A DNA stretch of 64,000 bases, taken from the IMG/VR virus record IMGVR_UViG_3300029305_005547, positions 128,001-192,000 of that record, one strand, 5' to 3'. Under the pieces are notes generated by a model. The model searched no databases and was not told the origin of the DNA. It worked only from the letters and a program-made list of their open reading frames with translations. The translations under genes were made by a program, and so were the position numbers. This stretch comes from a virus. Taxonomy: Duplodnaviria > Caudoviricetes. This document shows, in pieces, positions 28,288-38,503 of the stretch; positions within the stretch are counted from its first letter, which is position 1; the number at the start of each line of letters is the position of its first letter.

Positions 28288-30077
28288 AGCGTCTCAAATT
28301 CACCAAAACGAATTGCAGTTGAAGAGTATAAATCTTTATGAGATTTGGATTTATAGCTTCTTTCAGGTACACCCTTACTACTAACAGCACCAATTCCTCG
28401 TACGGAGAAACCTTTCTTTGCTGTTTGTTTAAGCATAATTGTGTACATATTCGCAATATAAGAATCCTGAATACAAGGAATTTCTCTTCCGAATTTCTGA
28501 ATATACATCTTATCCGGTTTTAAGATATTCTCATATTTATTCTTAAGTTCCATAATACGATAGAATATTGGACTACTTTCTGACATTGAAGGTTGATTAA
28601 AGTGAATCTTCTTTTCCTCACAATACTTAAGGAATGTTTTCTTACCTTCAGTATCAAGTCCTTTGTAAATATTCTTAAGATAAATATACTCATCCGGGTT
28701 AAATATATTAATAACATCGAAAAGTAACTTATCTTTTTCCTTCATCGTTTTCATATGACGCATTGTCTCACTAACCCTCTTACCAATAAAGTTAGTTGCC
28801 AGTTCCATGATTGGTCCGGCTGTTGTTCTGTTAATAATCGCAAGCATATTAAAGATCATTTCAACATATACTTTATTTCCATCAGCGTCATAGTAATACG
28901 GCATTTCTTCTTTTGGTCTAATAGAAGCTATAACAGATTTGTTTCCATAACGACCTGAAACTTTTTGTCCGACAGTTAATCCTACTTCTCTTTCAACCAA
29001 AATATGAATCTGTACATTAGAGAAAGCAGAATCTTTTTCTTTCCACTTCTTCTCTAAGTCAAGCATTTCACATGCTCTTTTATACGCATAATCCACATCA
29101 TTAGAATATTTTTCACCTGTTGCGAATATCTCTTCACATGTCTGTTTGATTTGTCTGTAATATGCATTCTGATAACACCAATATGTATATATCTGATGAT
29201 AGAATGAATTGTCAGGTAATTCTTCGTTGTTACAATAAATATCAATATCAACAACTTTACCGTTCAAATAATACTTAGTATCGGTATCAGTAGCATGATC
29301 AAGCATATCTGCTTTGAAATCAAACAAAACCTGATTATTAAATTTTCTTCTGGTTGCCATTAAAATACCAGAAGAAAACTCTCCAATATTAGGGAATACT
29401 TTATATTCCGTTTCATCCCCATAAAGGTTAAGTGGATAATCGTTTTCATTGAGTGTAGCAATATTATATTCTGTTTCAGGTGCTACCATTTTCTTAGCAA
29501 GTTCATCAGAAACAATTGCTGCATCTTCAGATGTGAAAGGTTCTAAAGAATACATAGTAAGAACGTCTTTTCCATATGAATAATTCATGTGTTCATCATA
29601 TGAAGTAGATCTGTATGCAATAGTACCTTCATCAATTTCTTGACCCTCTTCAAAAGAGTCAATAACATCAGTGTTGTATCTGTAACCAAATACTTCTACC
29701 AAATCTTCATCTGGTTTACGTTCAATTACTTCAAACATCTTTTTAGTTTTATTATATAAAAAGATCTTAAACACTGTAGGGTGTTCAACAAGTCCTTCAA
29801 ATTTTACAATTTTACGATAAACAACGGACTCATTTAATTTCTTATAACCATCAGAATACTTTCCTACAACATTTTCGCCACCTGTAAAGAACTGTGGGAA
29901 ATCAGGGTATAACTGATTTTTATATTGGTTTAAATGAGATGCGAACATAACACTTCGCATACTGTTGTTGTACTGAGGCATCGTAAGCATACCCTTACCT
30001 TCGATAGATCGATCACCTCTAAATAATTCATCGCTTTTAAGTAAAGCTTCTCGTAAGTTATATTTTTCTTTAGCCAT
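28288..30077 (-). CDS. Non-virion RNAP beta subunit (C-terminal half; phiKZ gp71-73-like), exon 1
   Basis: NNSMRSVMFASH, SEDA, GQKVSGRYGNKSV, AIINRT and RFGEFE motifs. Confidence 0.9.
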
Positions 30078-30215
30078 CTCCTGTGAGCCACTCCTTTCTT
30101 TTCCTAAAAATATAATGTATTATCATATTTTAAAAATAGGAAAAAATTAATAGAATGTGAGTAAAGACATAAAAAAGAAGAGTTTCGTAAATATCACGAA
30201 ACTCTTCTCCCAGTA

Positions 30216-31823
30216 TTAACCTTTCTTAAAAGGCCATTCAATAATATGTTTTGAAAGTCCTCGTCTTTCTAGTTCTTTCATAGTTTGATTAAAACGATGT
30301 ACTACTGTAGATGATGTACAATCAAGCTTAATTGCGACCTCAACGCAAGTACCGCTGTTATTAATAAGCTTAATAAAGTTAAGTAATTCATCATCTGTAG
30401 CTTTTGAAACTTTTACATATTTAGATTTCTTTTCAACCTTTTCTTTCGTAGCAGGTGTAACAGTTTCTTCAACCTTAGATTTTTCAATCTTTGTTTCGAC
30501 TTTCGGTTCTTCTTTGGGTTCAGTCGTGATACTCATTTTCTTAAACGCTTCTGCAAATGCATTTCCTATTGTACCATTAGCGTCCTCATATACTGATTCA
30601 GGTTCGTCATCATTTTCATAAATTTGACCTGTTGTACTATTGTACCGAACACTTGAACTTTCATGAATATCAATATTCTTTGGTGATACTGGTCCGGTAT
30701 ATACATTTTCTATTGAATCATAATTACCGAGATATTGAGAATATTCATCACGAACTTTAACCTGTTCATAATCAATTTCTCTAAGGAATTCAAAATTCCA
30801 TTTCATACCAGAGTAACCGTGGAGAGGTATTTTAAAGACTGTATTGAATAACGTATACATTCTGCTTTTTCTCTTTCCTACAGACGGATACATTCTTCTT
30901 AGTGCAGCTTCAATATCTTTCTCCGAACTAACCTCAACTTCTGCATCTTCACTACTAGATATATCACAATAATATTTATACATCATTATGAAATCATTTA
31001 CTGATACGTAATTTGCACCATATCCTGTGAATATAAATGCTTTAGCTAAGAAATCATCATCAAGATTAATTTTCTCAATAATTTTAGTTGGAGCAGATTC
31101 TTCGATACTTTCAGATACTGCATCAATAATAATCTGTTCAGGAACATCATCATTTTCTTCAGATTCGTTAATATAATCCGATGTAGAATCAACGTCGTCT
31201 CGATTAGTTCCTGATATTTCTGGAACTATAGAAGTTACATCCTTACTCTCAAAAACCGTTACCCTTGTAACACCTTTCACTTTCAAATACTCTTCAGAAC
31301 CGTCAAGATTTAATACATAATCTGTGTCAATATCAACAGAATATCGAATCATGGTGATATTGTTTGCTTTCATAAACTGCAAACGATAATCCTTTACCAA
31401 TATTTTGGCTTTTTCATAATCTTTCTTTCTAGCCTTTAACAATAGTTTCTTTACCTTCAAAACAAGATTGAAAACTCTGTCAGGACATACAGAGCATCCT
31501 GTTATAGACCAAATCAGTTTTTCATTAAAGAGAAACTGAAATTGGTTACTAGTTGAAATGTAACTTATCTTTCTCTTACCTGATGATAACTCCGTAAGAA
31601 CCGGTATATCAAAATCCGAATAAGGTAAACTGGTAAGCGGCACAGCAATAATGTTAATACCATTAAATAAACCAGCACACTCCGAAACATCACTAATGAT
31701 AAGACCGGGTCTTTCTTTAAAATCATCCCCCTCTATGTTTGGAAAATCAAGACCTCTTACTATGGCTCTTTTTTGGGTTTTGGATACGTATCCAATGTTT
31801 GCATATGTGTCATCCATACGCAT
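30216..31823 (-). CDS. Protein with N-terminal PemK/MazF-like domain and C-terminal HTH
   Basis: KERPGLIIS...IIAVPLTS; C-terminal VEVAIKLDCTSSTVVHR. Confidence 0.55.
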   Translation of the reverse strand: MRMDDTYANIGYVSKTQKRAIVRGLDFPNIEGDDFKERPGLIISDVSECAGLFNGINIIAVPLTSLPYSDFDIPVLTELSSGKRKISYISTSNQFQFLFNEKLIWSITGCSVCPDRVFNLVLKVKKLLLKARKKDYEKAKILVKDYRLQFMKANNITMIRYSVDIDTDYVLNLDGSEEYLKVKGVTRVTVFESKDVTSIVPEISGTNRDDVDSTSDYINESEENDDVPEQIIIDAVSESIEESAPTKIIEKINLDDDFLAKAFIFTGYGANYVSVNDFIMMYKYYCDISSSEDAEVEVSSEKDIEAALRRMYPSVGKRKSRMYTLFNTVFKIPLHGYSGMKWNFEFLREIDYEQVKVRDEYSQYLGNYDSIENVYTGPVSPKNIDIHESSSVRYNSTTGQIYENDDEPESVYEDANGTIGNAFAEAFKKMSITTEPKEEPKVETKIEKSKVEETVTPATKEKVEKKSKYVKVSKATDDELLNFIKLINNSGTCVEVAIKLDCTSSTVVHRFNQTMKELERRGLSKHIIEWPFKKG

Positions 31824-31943
31824 TTTCCTCCTTCTTGTATTTTTGACAAAGAATGTGAGGTAGAATGATTTCTCACTCTACCTCATTTATTTTTTTCTTT
31901 ATCTATAAAATAATATATCTTTGTATTTATAGACTTTTACTTT

Positions 31944-33248
31944 TTAATAATTCATTTCTTCTTCAATGACAGTAAGATCATCCTGAGTAAGCATTGACAA
32001 TTTACTTTCAAGAACTGGAACGATATTTCCAAACATAATCTTGTAAAGTTCCTTATCTTTTCTAAACTCCTCATGAACGTTCTTCAATGAGAACTTACGA
32101 TCTTTTTCATTATTGAAATAGAAGCTATTTTTGTTTCCGCCGGTAAGTCCAAGTTCTTTTGCATATGCAATACTAGATCTTACAGGATCAATTCCTCTAA
32201 CCTTATCATACACAAGGCTGACAAATCGACCTGCTTGGTTTCCTCTAGATTTTACAATCATTACACGAATACCAAAACCATCAAATCCATCATCTTCCAT
32301 TTCATATTTCTCTGATCCTACAGCTACAAATTTAAGTAGAATAGATGCATTAAACTGAGGACTTTTTCCTCCAGGAAGAGCTTCATTTTGTGCAAGATAC
32401 AAAATCTCTGATGGTTCATGTACAAATCCAAGCTGTGGTTTGTCTTTAATTTGATTGATAGTAATCAAGATAATATTAGCTCTTCTAAGATAAGGAAGAA
32501 CTTCATTAAAGAATCTTCCGATTTCACCGGTAATTCTCATACGTTCTGTTTGACTACCTACTTCTTCCAAACGAGCCATATCTTTTTTATCATTTTCATT
32601 GAAACCTGTGCTAAGTGTAGCAATGGAATCAATGATAATTACAGTAGGTTCAAAGATTTCAATCTCTTCACCAAACTCATTTAATTTACCTGTTTTATAT
32701 TTATACAGGTCAGGATGATCAACTTTCTGCTTGTAAATACGCATCAATGTAGCTTTAATATCATTAATAGTATTAAGCTCTTGACGAAGTATATACTTAC
32801 CTGCAGCAATATCACTCATAGAGAACTTTGTTAAGTTCTGAATACGAGAATAATTCATTGCCTGTTCAAGGTCAAAGTGAACAATAAAACCATTCTTAAA
32901 AGGTCTTACAATATTAGCAGCTACCTGTGCAGCTGTAGTTGTTTTTGCAGTTGATGGTTTTCCAATAAACGTAACCATAGAACCGCCAGTAATACCGATA
33001 GAAGGATATGAATCTATAACCTGATCATCTTTATCGTATACATTAACACGGTATCCCAAATAATAATCAAGCTGAGGAATACCTGTTTTATAGGTAACAA
33101 CTGACGCATTACCGTCAAAATAATCTTCATCTTTTTTATCTGTGCTTTTTAAAGCTTCAACGATTCCAATAGTCTTACGACCTTCAATATTACTCAAAGC
33201 TTCTTCAACACTAATAAGTTCAGTTTTCTTTGTTGCCATATTTGTCAT
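31944..33248 (-). CDS. RecA/UvsX-like recombinase
   Basis: TGIPQLDYYLG, GKPSTAKTT, IIIDSIA, INQI, PGG, VKSR. Confidence 0.88.
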   Translation of the reverse strand: MTNMATKKTELISVEEALSNIEGRKTIGIVEALKSTDKKDEDYFDGNASVVTYKTGIPQLDYYLGYRVNVYDKDDQVIDSYPSIGITGGSMVTFIGKPSTAKTTTAAQVAANIVRPFKNGFIVHFDLEQAMNYSRIQNLTKFSMSDIAAGKYILRQELNTINDIKATLMRIYKQKVDHPDLYKYKTGKLNEFGEEIEIFEPTVIIIDSIATLSTGFNENDKKDMARLEEVGSQTERMRITGEIGRFFNEVLPYLRRANIILITINQIKDKPQLGFVHEPSEILYLAQNEALPGGKSPQFNASILLKFVAVGSEKYEMEDDGFDGFGIRVMIVKSRGNQAGRFVSLVYDKVRGIDPVRSSIAYAKELGLTGGNKNSFYFNNEKDRKFSLKNVHEEFRKDKELYKIMFGNIVPVLESKLSMLTQDDLTVIEEEMNY

Positions 33249-33324
33249 TTCCTTTCTCTTTAATCAGATTAAGGGAATGTAAAAAATATAATTAGAAGTC
33301 ACTTTTATTTATATAAACTATATG

Positions 33325-33609
33325 TTACATCTTACCTACTGCAATCCATAATACACCTGGTTCTAAATCACCATCATTTGTATTGTGTACATGAAGTTCA
33401 AATCCAGTTTTATAAATATTTCCTATACAAATATTAAGATTTCCATAATTATAATCTTCTGAATTTGACATAAATGTTGCAAATACTTTAGGTACAACTC
33501 TATATTCTGTATCAAATTCTATATCAAAAGTTGTACGAGTTTTTGATGCAACAACACTATTTATTATTCTACCTGTTTGAATATAATTTATTTCTGCGTT
33601 ACTATTTAG
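33325..33609 (-). other. Silent tail-fibre C-terminal cassette 4 (94 aa; H-type-lectin/gp53-like tip), absent from the ORF track
   Basis: Hand translation: LNSNAEINYIQTGRIINSVVASKTRTTFDIEFDTEYRVVPKVFATFMSNSEDYNYGNLNICIGNIYKTGFELHVHNTNDGDLEPGVLWIAVGKM*. Confidence 0.85.
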
Positions 33610-33678
33610 CTAAATAAGAAATCTGTAAGTCTCGAGAAATATCGAGACTTACAGAAATTTTACTTAACTAAATTCCGT
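33599..33678 (-). repeat. 80-bp cassette element, copy 4 (inverted orientation)
   Basis: Reverse complement of copies 1-3 and 5. Confidence 0.97.
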
Positions 33679-33705
33679 CCCATACTAACATATGTGTATA
33701 CGAAT

Positions 33706-34359
33706 TTATTTAGGGAATGCTTCATTCCAACATAAAGGACCCCAAATATAATCATTAGGTCTTCCATGAGCAGCATTCCATTTTCCGATAGCTTCTTTCA
33801 TACCGGATCCACAAGACATATCAATAGCCTTTGTGTAATATCCTACAGCTTTAAGCTTTCTTTGAACAAGTTTAACATGACGACCTTTGGAACCATACTT
33901 AATAGATACATTAAAGTGGTTCACAGCAGTTGCATTCACGTTATTTTCAGTGTAGATTCCTCTACTATTTGTACCTCTGGTGTCAACATGTACGAAACCA
34001 GATCCGTTATCATCCCAAGAATAAACACCAATACGTCCTTTGAACCCACTGATGGTTTCAATAAAACGACCTACTCTCATAGGATGAACGCCTTTAACTA
34101 CAATATCAGCTGCATATCCCTTCATATGCTGACTGTTGGGGGATGCACCATTTACTCTACTATTATGAACAGGGCAACGATATCCACAGTTCAAATTAAC
34201 AGCAACACCAAAGTGATTTCTTACTTCCTGTAAAACTCTGACGAGTTCGTCATCAATAGGAGTTTCTGTGCAGCAGTTTTTACCATTACAATCAAATTCG
34301 GTACTTTTGAAATTTTTGGAAAGTTGTGTTACCTTCCCTTTCTTATAAGTTTTAATCAT
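33706..34359 (-). CDS. Endolysin: peptidase M15A plus peptidoglycan-binding domain
   Basis: GYRCPVHN, SQHMKG.AADI, FVHVD; GSKG..VKLVQRKL binding motif; start at ATG 34359 with GGAG RBS. Confidence 0.88.
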   Translation of the reverse strand: MIKTYKKGKVTQLSKNFKSTEFDCNGKNCCTETPIDDELVRVLQEVRNHFGVAVNLNCGYRCPVHNSRVNGASPNSQHMKGYAADIVVKGVHPMRVGRFIETISGFKGRIGVYSWDDNGSGFVHVDTRGTNSRGIYTENNVNATAVNHFNVSIKYGSKGRHVKLVQRKLKAVGYYTKAIDMSCGSGMKEAIGKWNAAHGRPNDYIWGPLCWNEAFPK

Positions 34360-34440
34360 AATACACCACTCCGTTTCTATTAAAACTTTTAACAACTTAC
34401 TATAGTGTTTAAAAGTCTCAATTTACGGAGTGGTGTATTA
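34359..34440 (-). promoter_or_regulatory. RBS-occluding hairpin with a late promoter in its loop
   Basis: Perfect 16-bp inverted repeat 34359-34374 / 34425-34440; AACA-CTATAG-TAA at 34409-34397. Confidence 0.75.
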
Positions 34441-34556
34441 ATTAATCAATAGTTTCTACATCATAAGAAATCCACATAATTTCCTTTCCATAAAAATACA
34501 AAAAAAAGAAGATAAAACCAAACGGCTTTATCTTCTCTTCGTTTCGAAATAAATGC

Positions 34557-35090
34557 TTACATCTGTCCGGTAGAACCGAAAGCACCACGAGAGACATCTG
34601 ATAATTTTTTGACTGTGACTATGTTCAGATCCGGCTGGTTCTCAACGATTCTAAACTGAGCGATTCTAGCACCATAAGGGATAATCGTATCTTCTACAGC
34701 ATACGCTCTAAATCCCCATTCATCATTATCTCCACAGAAGCTTTGATCGATAACACCTTCAGAGTTTTCCATCCAGATGTTAATCTTTCGACATGTACTG
34801 CTTCTGGGAAGCAGTCTTGCTTCATAACCATCAGGAAGTTTCATTGCAACTCCTAACGGAATATCAACACGCTGACCTGCTTTAAGAACTATCTCCTTAG
34901 CAGCTCTAAGGTCAATCCAATCGCCCTTTGCGTTCTTTTCGATAATAAAATCAGGATCGTCAACTGTATACTTTACAAACAGATCGAGAGGTTTTTTCTT
35001 CTTATTAACCGATAGATAAGAAGCGATACCAACAACTACTGTAGATACAGTTGCTGAAATAATTGCAGTTTTCAAAATATTTTTTGACAT
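34557..35090 (-). CDS. dut: dUTPase (trimeric family) with hydrophobic N-terminal extension
   Basis: IDLRA, PRSS, GVID, RIAQ and RGAFGSTG motifs. Confidence 0.92.
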   Translation of the reverse strand: MSKNILKTAIISATVSTVVVGIASYLSVNKKKKPLDLFVKYTVDDPDFIIEKNAKGDWIDLRAAKEIVLKAGQRVDIPLGVAMKLPDGYEARLLPRSSTCRKINIWMENSEGVIDQSFCGDNDEWGFRAYAVEDTIIPYGARIAQFRIVENQPDLNIVTVKKLSDVSRGAFGSTGQM

Positions 35091-35105
35091 GTCGATTAAC
35101 CCTCC

Positions 35106-35660
35106 TTAAACCTTACGTCTTTCAACAAGGTATTTAGGGCAGCTGCTCTTAACGGTAAGAACTTTGTGAGCCTTCTTTGTAGTTTCAAAATTACCTAAAG
35201 AAGGACCGCCGGGTTTTCTCATTTCTGCAACCTTAGATTTCTCTTTAACATCTTTGAGTGCAATTGTAGCGTCGAAGTCTTCTTTCTTAGGGAAACTAAA
35301 TTTGTTTCCTTCAAGATAAAGCCAAAGAACTTCTGCAAAGAAATCATACATCCAGTCGAGATTTCCTACTGCAAAATCTGCAGATTCCACGATACCGGAT
35401 TCAGTACGATCAATTCCTGCTCTTTCAACAACACCTCTGAGCCACTTACGGAATTCCTTACCACATGCTACATCTTTGTAGCCCTGGAATTCACCCTTCT
35501 TAATGATAGCAACCTGAGAACTAAACTCAGGATCTGCCGCTGCTGCATTTATTAAACGATCAAAATTAGAACGGTTAAACTGGTTAAGCTTCTTTTCACC
35601 GTCTGCATTGATCTTAGCAGCAATGGATGACAATACTTCATTAATTGATTCTTTTGCCAT
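35106..35660 (-). CDS. Hypothetical protein
   Basis: GGAGG RBS before ATG 35660 (MAKESIN). Confidence 0.7.
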   Translation of the reverse strand: MAKESINEVLSSIAAKINADGEKKLNQFNRSNFDRLINAAAADPEFSSQVAIIKKGEFQGYKDVACGKEFRKWLRGVVERAGIDRTESGIVESADFAVGNLDWMYDFFAEVLWLYLEGNKFSFPKKEDFDATIALKDVKEKSKVAEMRKPGGPSLGNFETTKKAHKVLTVKSSCPKYLVERRKV

Positions 35661-36019
35661 TTTTGTTTCCTCCATTTTATTATTTTTATTGAAACGGCAT
35701 ATTGATGCCATTGCAACCTTAGTAGGTTCATGATTACCAAAGATACTTTCGAAAATATCCTCTTTAAATATATCAGGTAGTTCGTTTTCAACTTCTCTAG
35801 TAATCTTATTTCTATAATCTGTTATTGAAATTATATTTTCCATAATGATTATTAATGCCAAATTTGTTTAGTGTCTTTTTTGGCTCTCCTTTTCTTTAGG
35901 AGTATTTCCAACATTTCTGAAATATTGAAATCTTCGTACTTGTCGGTTACTTTCTTTTTCTTCTTTTTCTTACCACTCATAAGTAACACTCCTTTCTTAC
36001 ACGATTGTGAACTATAACT

Positions 36020-36484
36020 TTATTTTTTACGTGATAATTCTAAGTATTTATTAATATTGGAAGTAATATACTCATTAAATCTAGTCATATCATCTTCTGC
36101 TATATTCAAAACCTTACATGCATATGTAATGTTTTTGAGTTTAGGTATCAGGCGTTTATCTATTTTTAGAAACAATGTAGATTTACCAAATTTATGGGAT
36201 TGAGTAACTATCTTTTTATTCACTAAAATAAAATCATCAATCCAGTTTTTTACTTGAAGTTTATCATTTACCATAAATGATAAAAACTTATTAAATTCTC
36301 GTCTTTTAATATAGATAAACTCGTTATTTTCTGAATTTATAAATCCATTTGGTTTTTCATCTTCAAATACATATTGATGATATGATTGTGTGATATATGC
36401 AATATCATCAATGTAAACTGATAATAAGAATAAAATTCCTTTGTTTGTTTTAAGTTTATTAACAATTTCTTTATCGTGAGTCAT
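36020..36484 (-). CDS. Hypothetical protein
   Basis: AAGGAG RBS, early motif at 36517-36526. Confidence 0.7.
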   Translation of the reverse strand: MTHDKEIVNKLKTNKGILFLLSVYIDDIAYITQSYHQYVFEDEKPNGFINSENNEFIYIKRREFNKFLSFMVNDKLQVKNWIDDFILVNKKIVTQSHKFGKSTLFLKIDKRLIPKLKNITYACKVLNIAEDDMTRFNEYITSNINKYLELSRKK

Positions 36485-36602
36485 ATAAATTATCTCCTTT
36501 GTATAATACCTAAAATATAATATATCTTTATTTTTAGCATTTTAAGCATGAAAAAATCATGGAAACAATTGTTTAATACGTTAAAGAAATGAGGTCTAGA
36601 AT

Positions 36603-37826
36603 ATGAATTTAGAAGCTCAAAAAATGAGATTTGAACGTATTGATGAATGCTTCGCTGAACTTAAGAAAAATAGACGTAAACCGAACGTCATTCATTCTAT
36701 AGAAAGAAATTTATCTGAAGTATTTAATCAGACGTTTTCTATTACAATACTTGAAACTAAAAGAACTGACGCTTGCTTTGTAATGTCAGTATTTCCCGAA
36801 ATGGCTACTATTGATAAAATTATTGAATCTATCATAAATGAAAGCTCTAGTAGTGTAGTACATGAGTTATGGGCTAAAAATAACTCCTGGATCATAGAAA
36901 TTGACAGACGTATATTAGATGATACGATTGCTCCGTTATCTTCAAGAGAATGTACTGCTTTACTTCTTCATGAAGTAGCTCATACAATTCATAGTAATTC
37001 TGTACCTTCACGAATCAGTAGAGTACTTAAGTATGAATTTGCAAATATGAATACAGGAATTAAGACTGTTTTAAAAACAGATAGATTTAAGAAAATTCTT
37101 TCTTTACCTATAGTAGATTCTTGTAGTCTGAAATTTGCTAAATCAGATCTCAAAGAGGAAATTGCAGCTGATAACTATGCTAAAAATTTAGGATATGGAA
37201 TGGAATTATCTTCAGCACTTGATAAATTCATTAATCCTAGTGATCCTGACAAAGCTATGAAAACAGTTACCAATTTCTCAGTTGAAGTTATTGATAACTT
37301 TAGAGAAAGAAAAGCAAAACTCAATCAGCGTAATTTTGATAAATTAATATCAGTTACACCTAGTGCATTTATCGGTGGCGTTTTAAAAGATATCCGTCAT
37401 ACTTATACTGAAGGATCTGAAGATACATCTATGAATGATGAAGTTTACATGAATTATATTTGTGAATCTGTAAACGATATTATCGATAATTACTATACTG
37501 AATTTTTCTTTAGTAAAAAGAAACTCAAAAGACTTGATGAGTATGACATCGATTACATTACCGTGGAGATTGATAAGATTAGAACCAATGATGATAAGTT
37601 ATTGATCTTATCATATACAAGAAGTAAAATTGATACAGTTCAGTACTATATCGATATTCTAAAGAGTGATAAATACTCTAAAAAATACGAAGTTCCTCAT
37701 TCTATGGAATATCTTGTAGCATACAAGAATAAACTTGAGCAGTGTATAACAAGAGCAATTAATAAAAAAATTGAAGATAAATACATTGGGTTTAAAGTTA
37801 ATTATCCAGTTGGATACGAAGGATAA
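36603..37826 (+). CDS. HExxH metallopeptidase-like late protein
   Basis: LLLHEVAH...EEIAAD; late promoter at 36564. Confidence 0.6.
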   Translation: MNLEAQKMRFERIDECFAELKKNRRKPNVIHSIERNLSEVFNQTFSITILETKRTDACFVMSVFPEMATIDKIIESIINESSSSVVHELWAKNNSWIIEIDRRILDDTIAPLSSRECTALLLHEVAHTIHSNSVPSRISRVLKYEFANMNTGIKTVLKTDRFKKILSLPIVDSCSLKFAKSDLKEEIAADNYAKNLGYGMELSSALDKFINPSDPDKAMKTVTNFSVEVIDNFRERKAKLNQRNFDKLISVTPSAFIGGVLKDIRHTYTEGSEDTSMNDEVYMNYICESVNDIIDNYYTEFFFSKKKLKRLDEYDIDYITVEIDKIRTNDDKLLILSYTRSKIDTVQYYIDILKSDKYSKKYEVPHSMEYLVAYKNKLEQCITRAINKKIEDKYIGFKVNYPVGYEG

Positions 37827-37842
37827 AAAAGAAGGAAGTAGG

Positions 37843-38109
37843 TTATTCTACTTCCTTCTGTTTCTTTTCATTTTTAAGTTCTTCAAGACGTTTTTCAGCA
37901 TCTCTTATATCAGCCTCCAATGTTCCAATGGATTTCTCCATCATTCTTCTTGCTGATACAATTTCATGCTTTCCCATTACTATGGCAAGACCTGTTCTAT
38001 TAGATAAATCAATGAATTCTTTCTTGTACTGAACCAATTTTTGTTTCATTCCATTAAGCTCCTGTTCAAGAAGCATAATTTCCGTTTCCATTATTATAAG
38101 TTCACTCAT
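37843..38109 (-). CDS. Coiled-coil hypothetical protein (88 aa)
   Basis: GGGAGG RBS before ATG 38109; the longer ORF call extends into a structured RNA-like region. Confidence 0.65.
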   Translation of the reverse strand: MSELIIMETEIMLLEQELNGMKQKLVQYKKEFIDLSNRTGLAIVMGKHEIVSARRMMEKSIGTLEADIRDAEKRLEELKNEKKQKEVE

Positions 38110-38124
38110 AGTGTAACCTCCCAT

Positions 38125-38445
38125 ATAAAAAATTTCGAGATTATCCGACGGAAGGTGTAGCCCTGTTATGGCTATCTTTATAAACCTCCCATCGGATTCT
38201 CCTTTTGTTTTCCCTTTGTTACCAAAGGGGTTTGGCTTGATTCTCCCTTCCACTATTACCATGGTTAGGGCGCGTGCCAGTTCGAATACTTTCGTACTCT
38301 ACTTTACTCAGTTCTCATTGAAAGTCTTTCTCTTCCAACTACCTTTTCAACAGCCTAGGGGTGACTTTTAACAAACTCTATGGTTTGCCTATCTTTCGAT
38401 ATTTCGGTTACACCCTCCACCCATTCCCGTAGGGAGTAGGGTGGA
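38125..38445 (-). ncRNA. Candidate large structured RNA
   Basis: GC-enriched; hairpins TATC-GAAA-GATA, GAGTAC-GAAA-GTATTC, CCCTTTG-GTAA-CAAAGGG, TCCC-TACG-GGAA on the minus strand. Confidence 0.5.
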
Positions 38446-38503
38446 TATTGACACGCTTATACATTCAGATGAACAAGAGAATCATTTATGTAGAACTGAG
38501 ACC

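Noticed and set aside
31944-33248. RecA/UvsX as the dedicated cassette recombinase
   Set aside because: The shared identity (18 and 11 bp) is short for RecA-type recombination and the gene is a core jumbo-phage gene. It cannot be excluded, but nothing in the window supports it.
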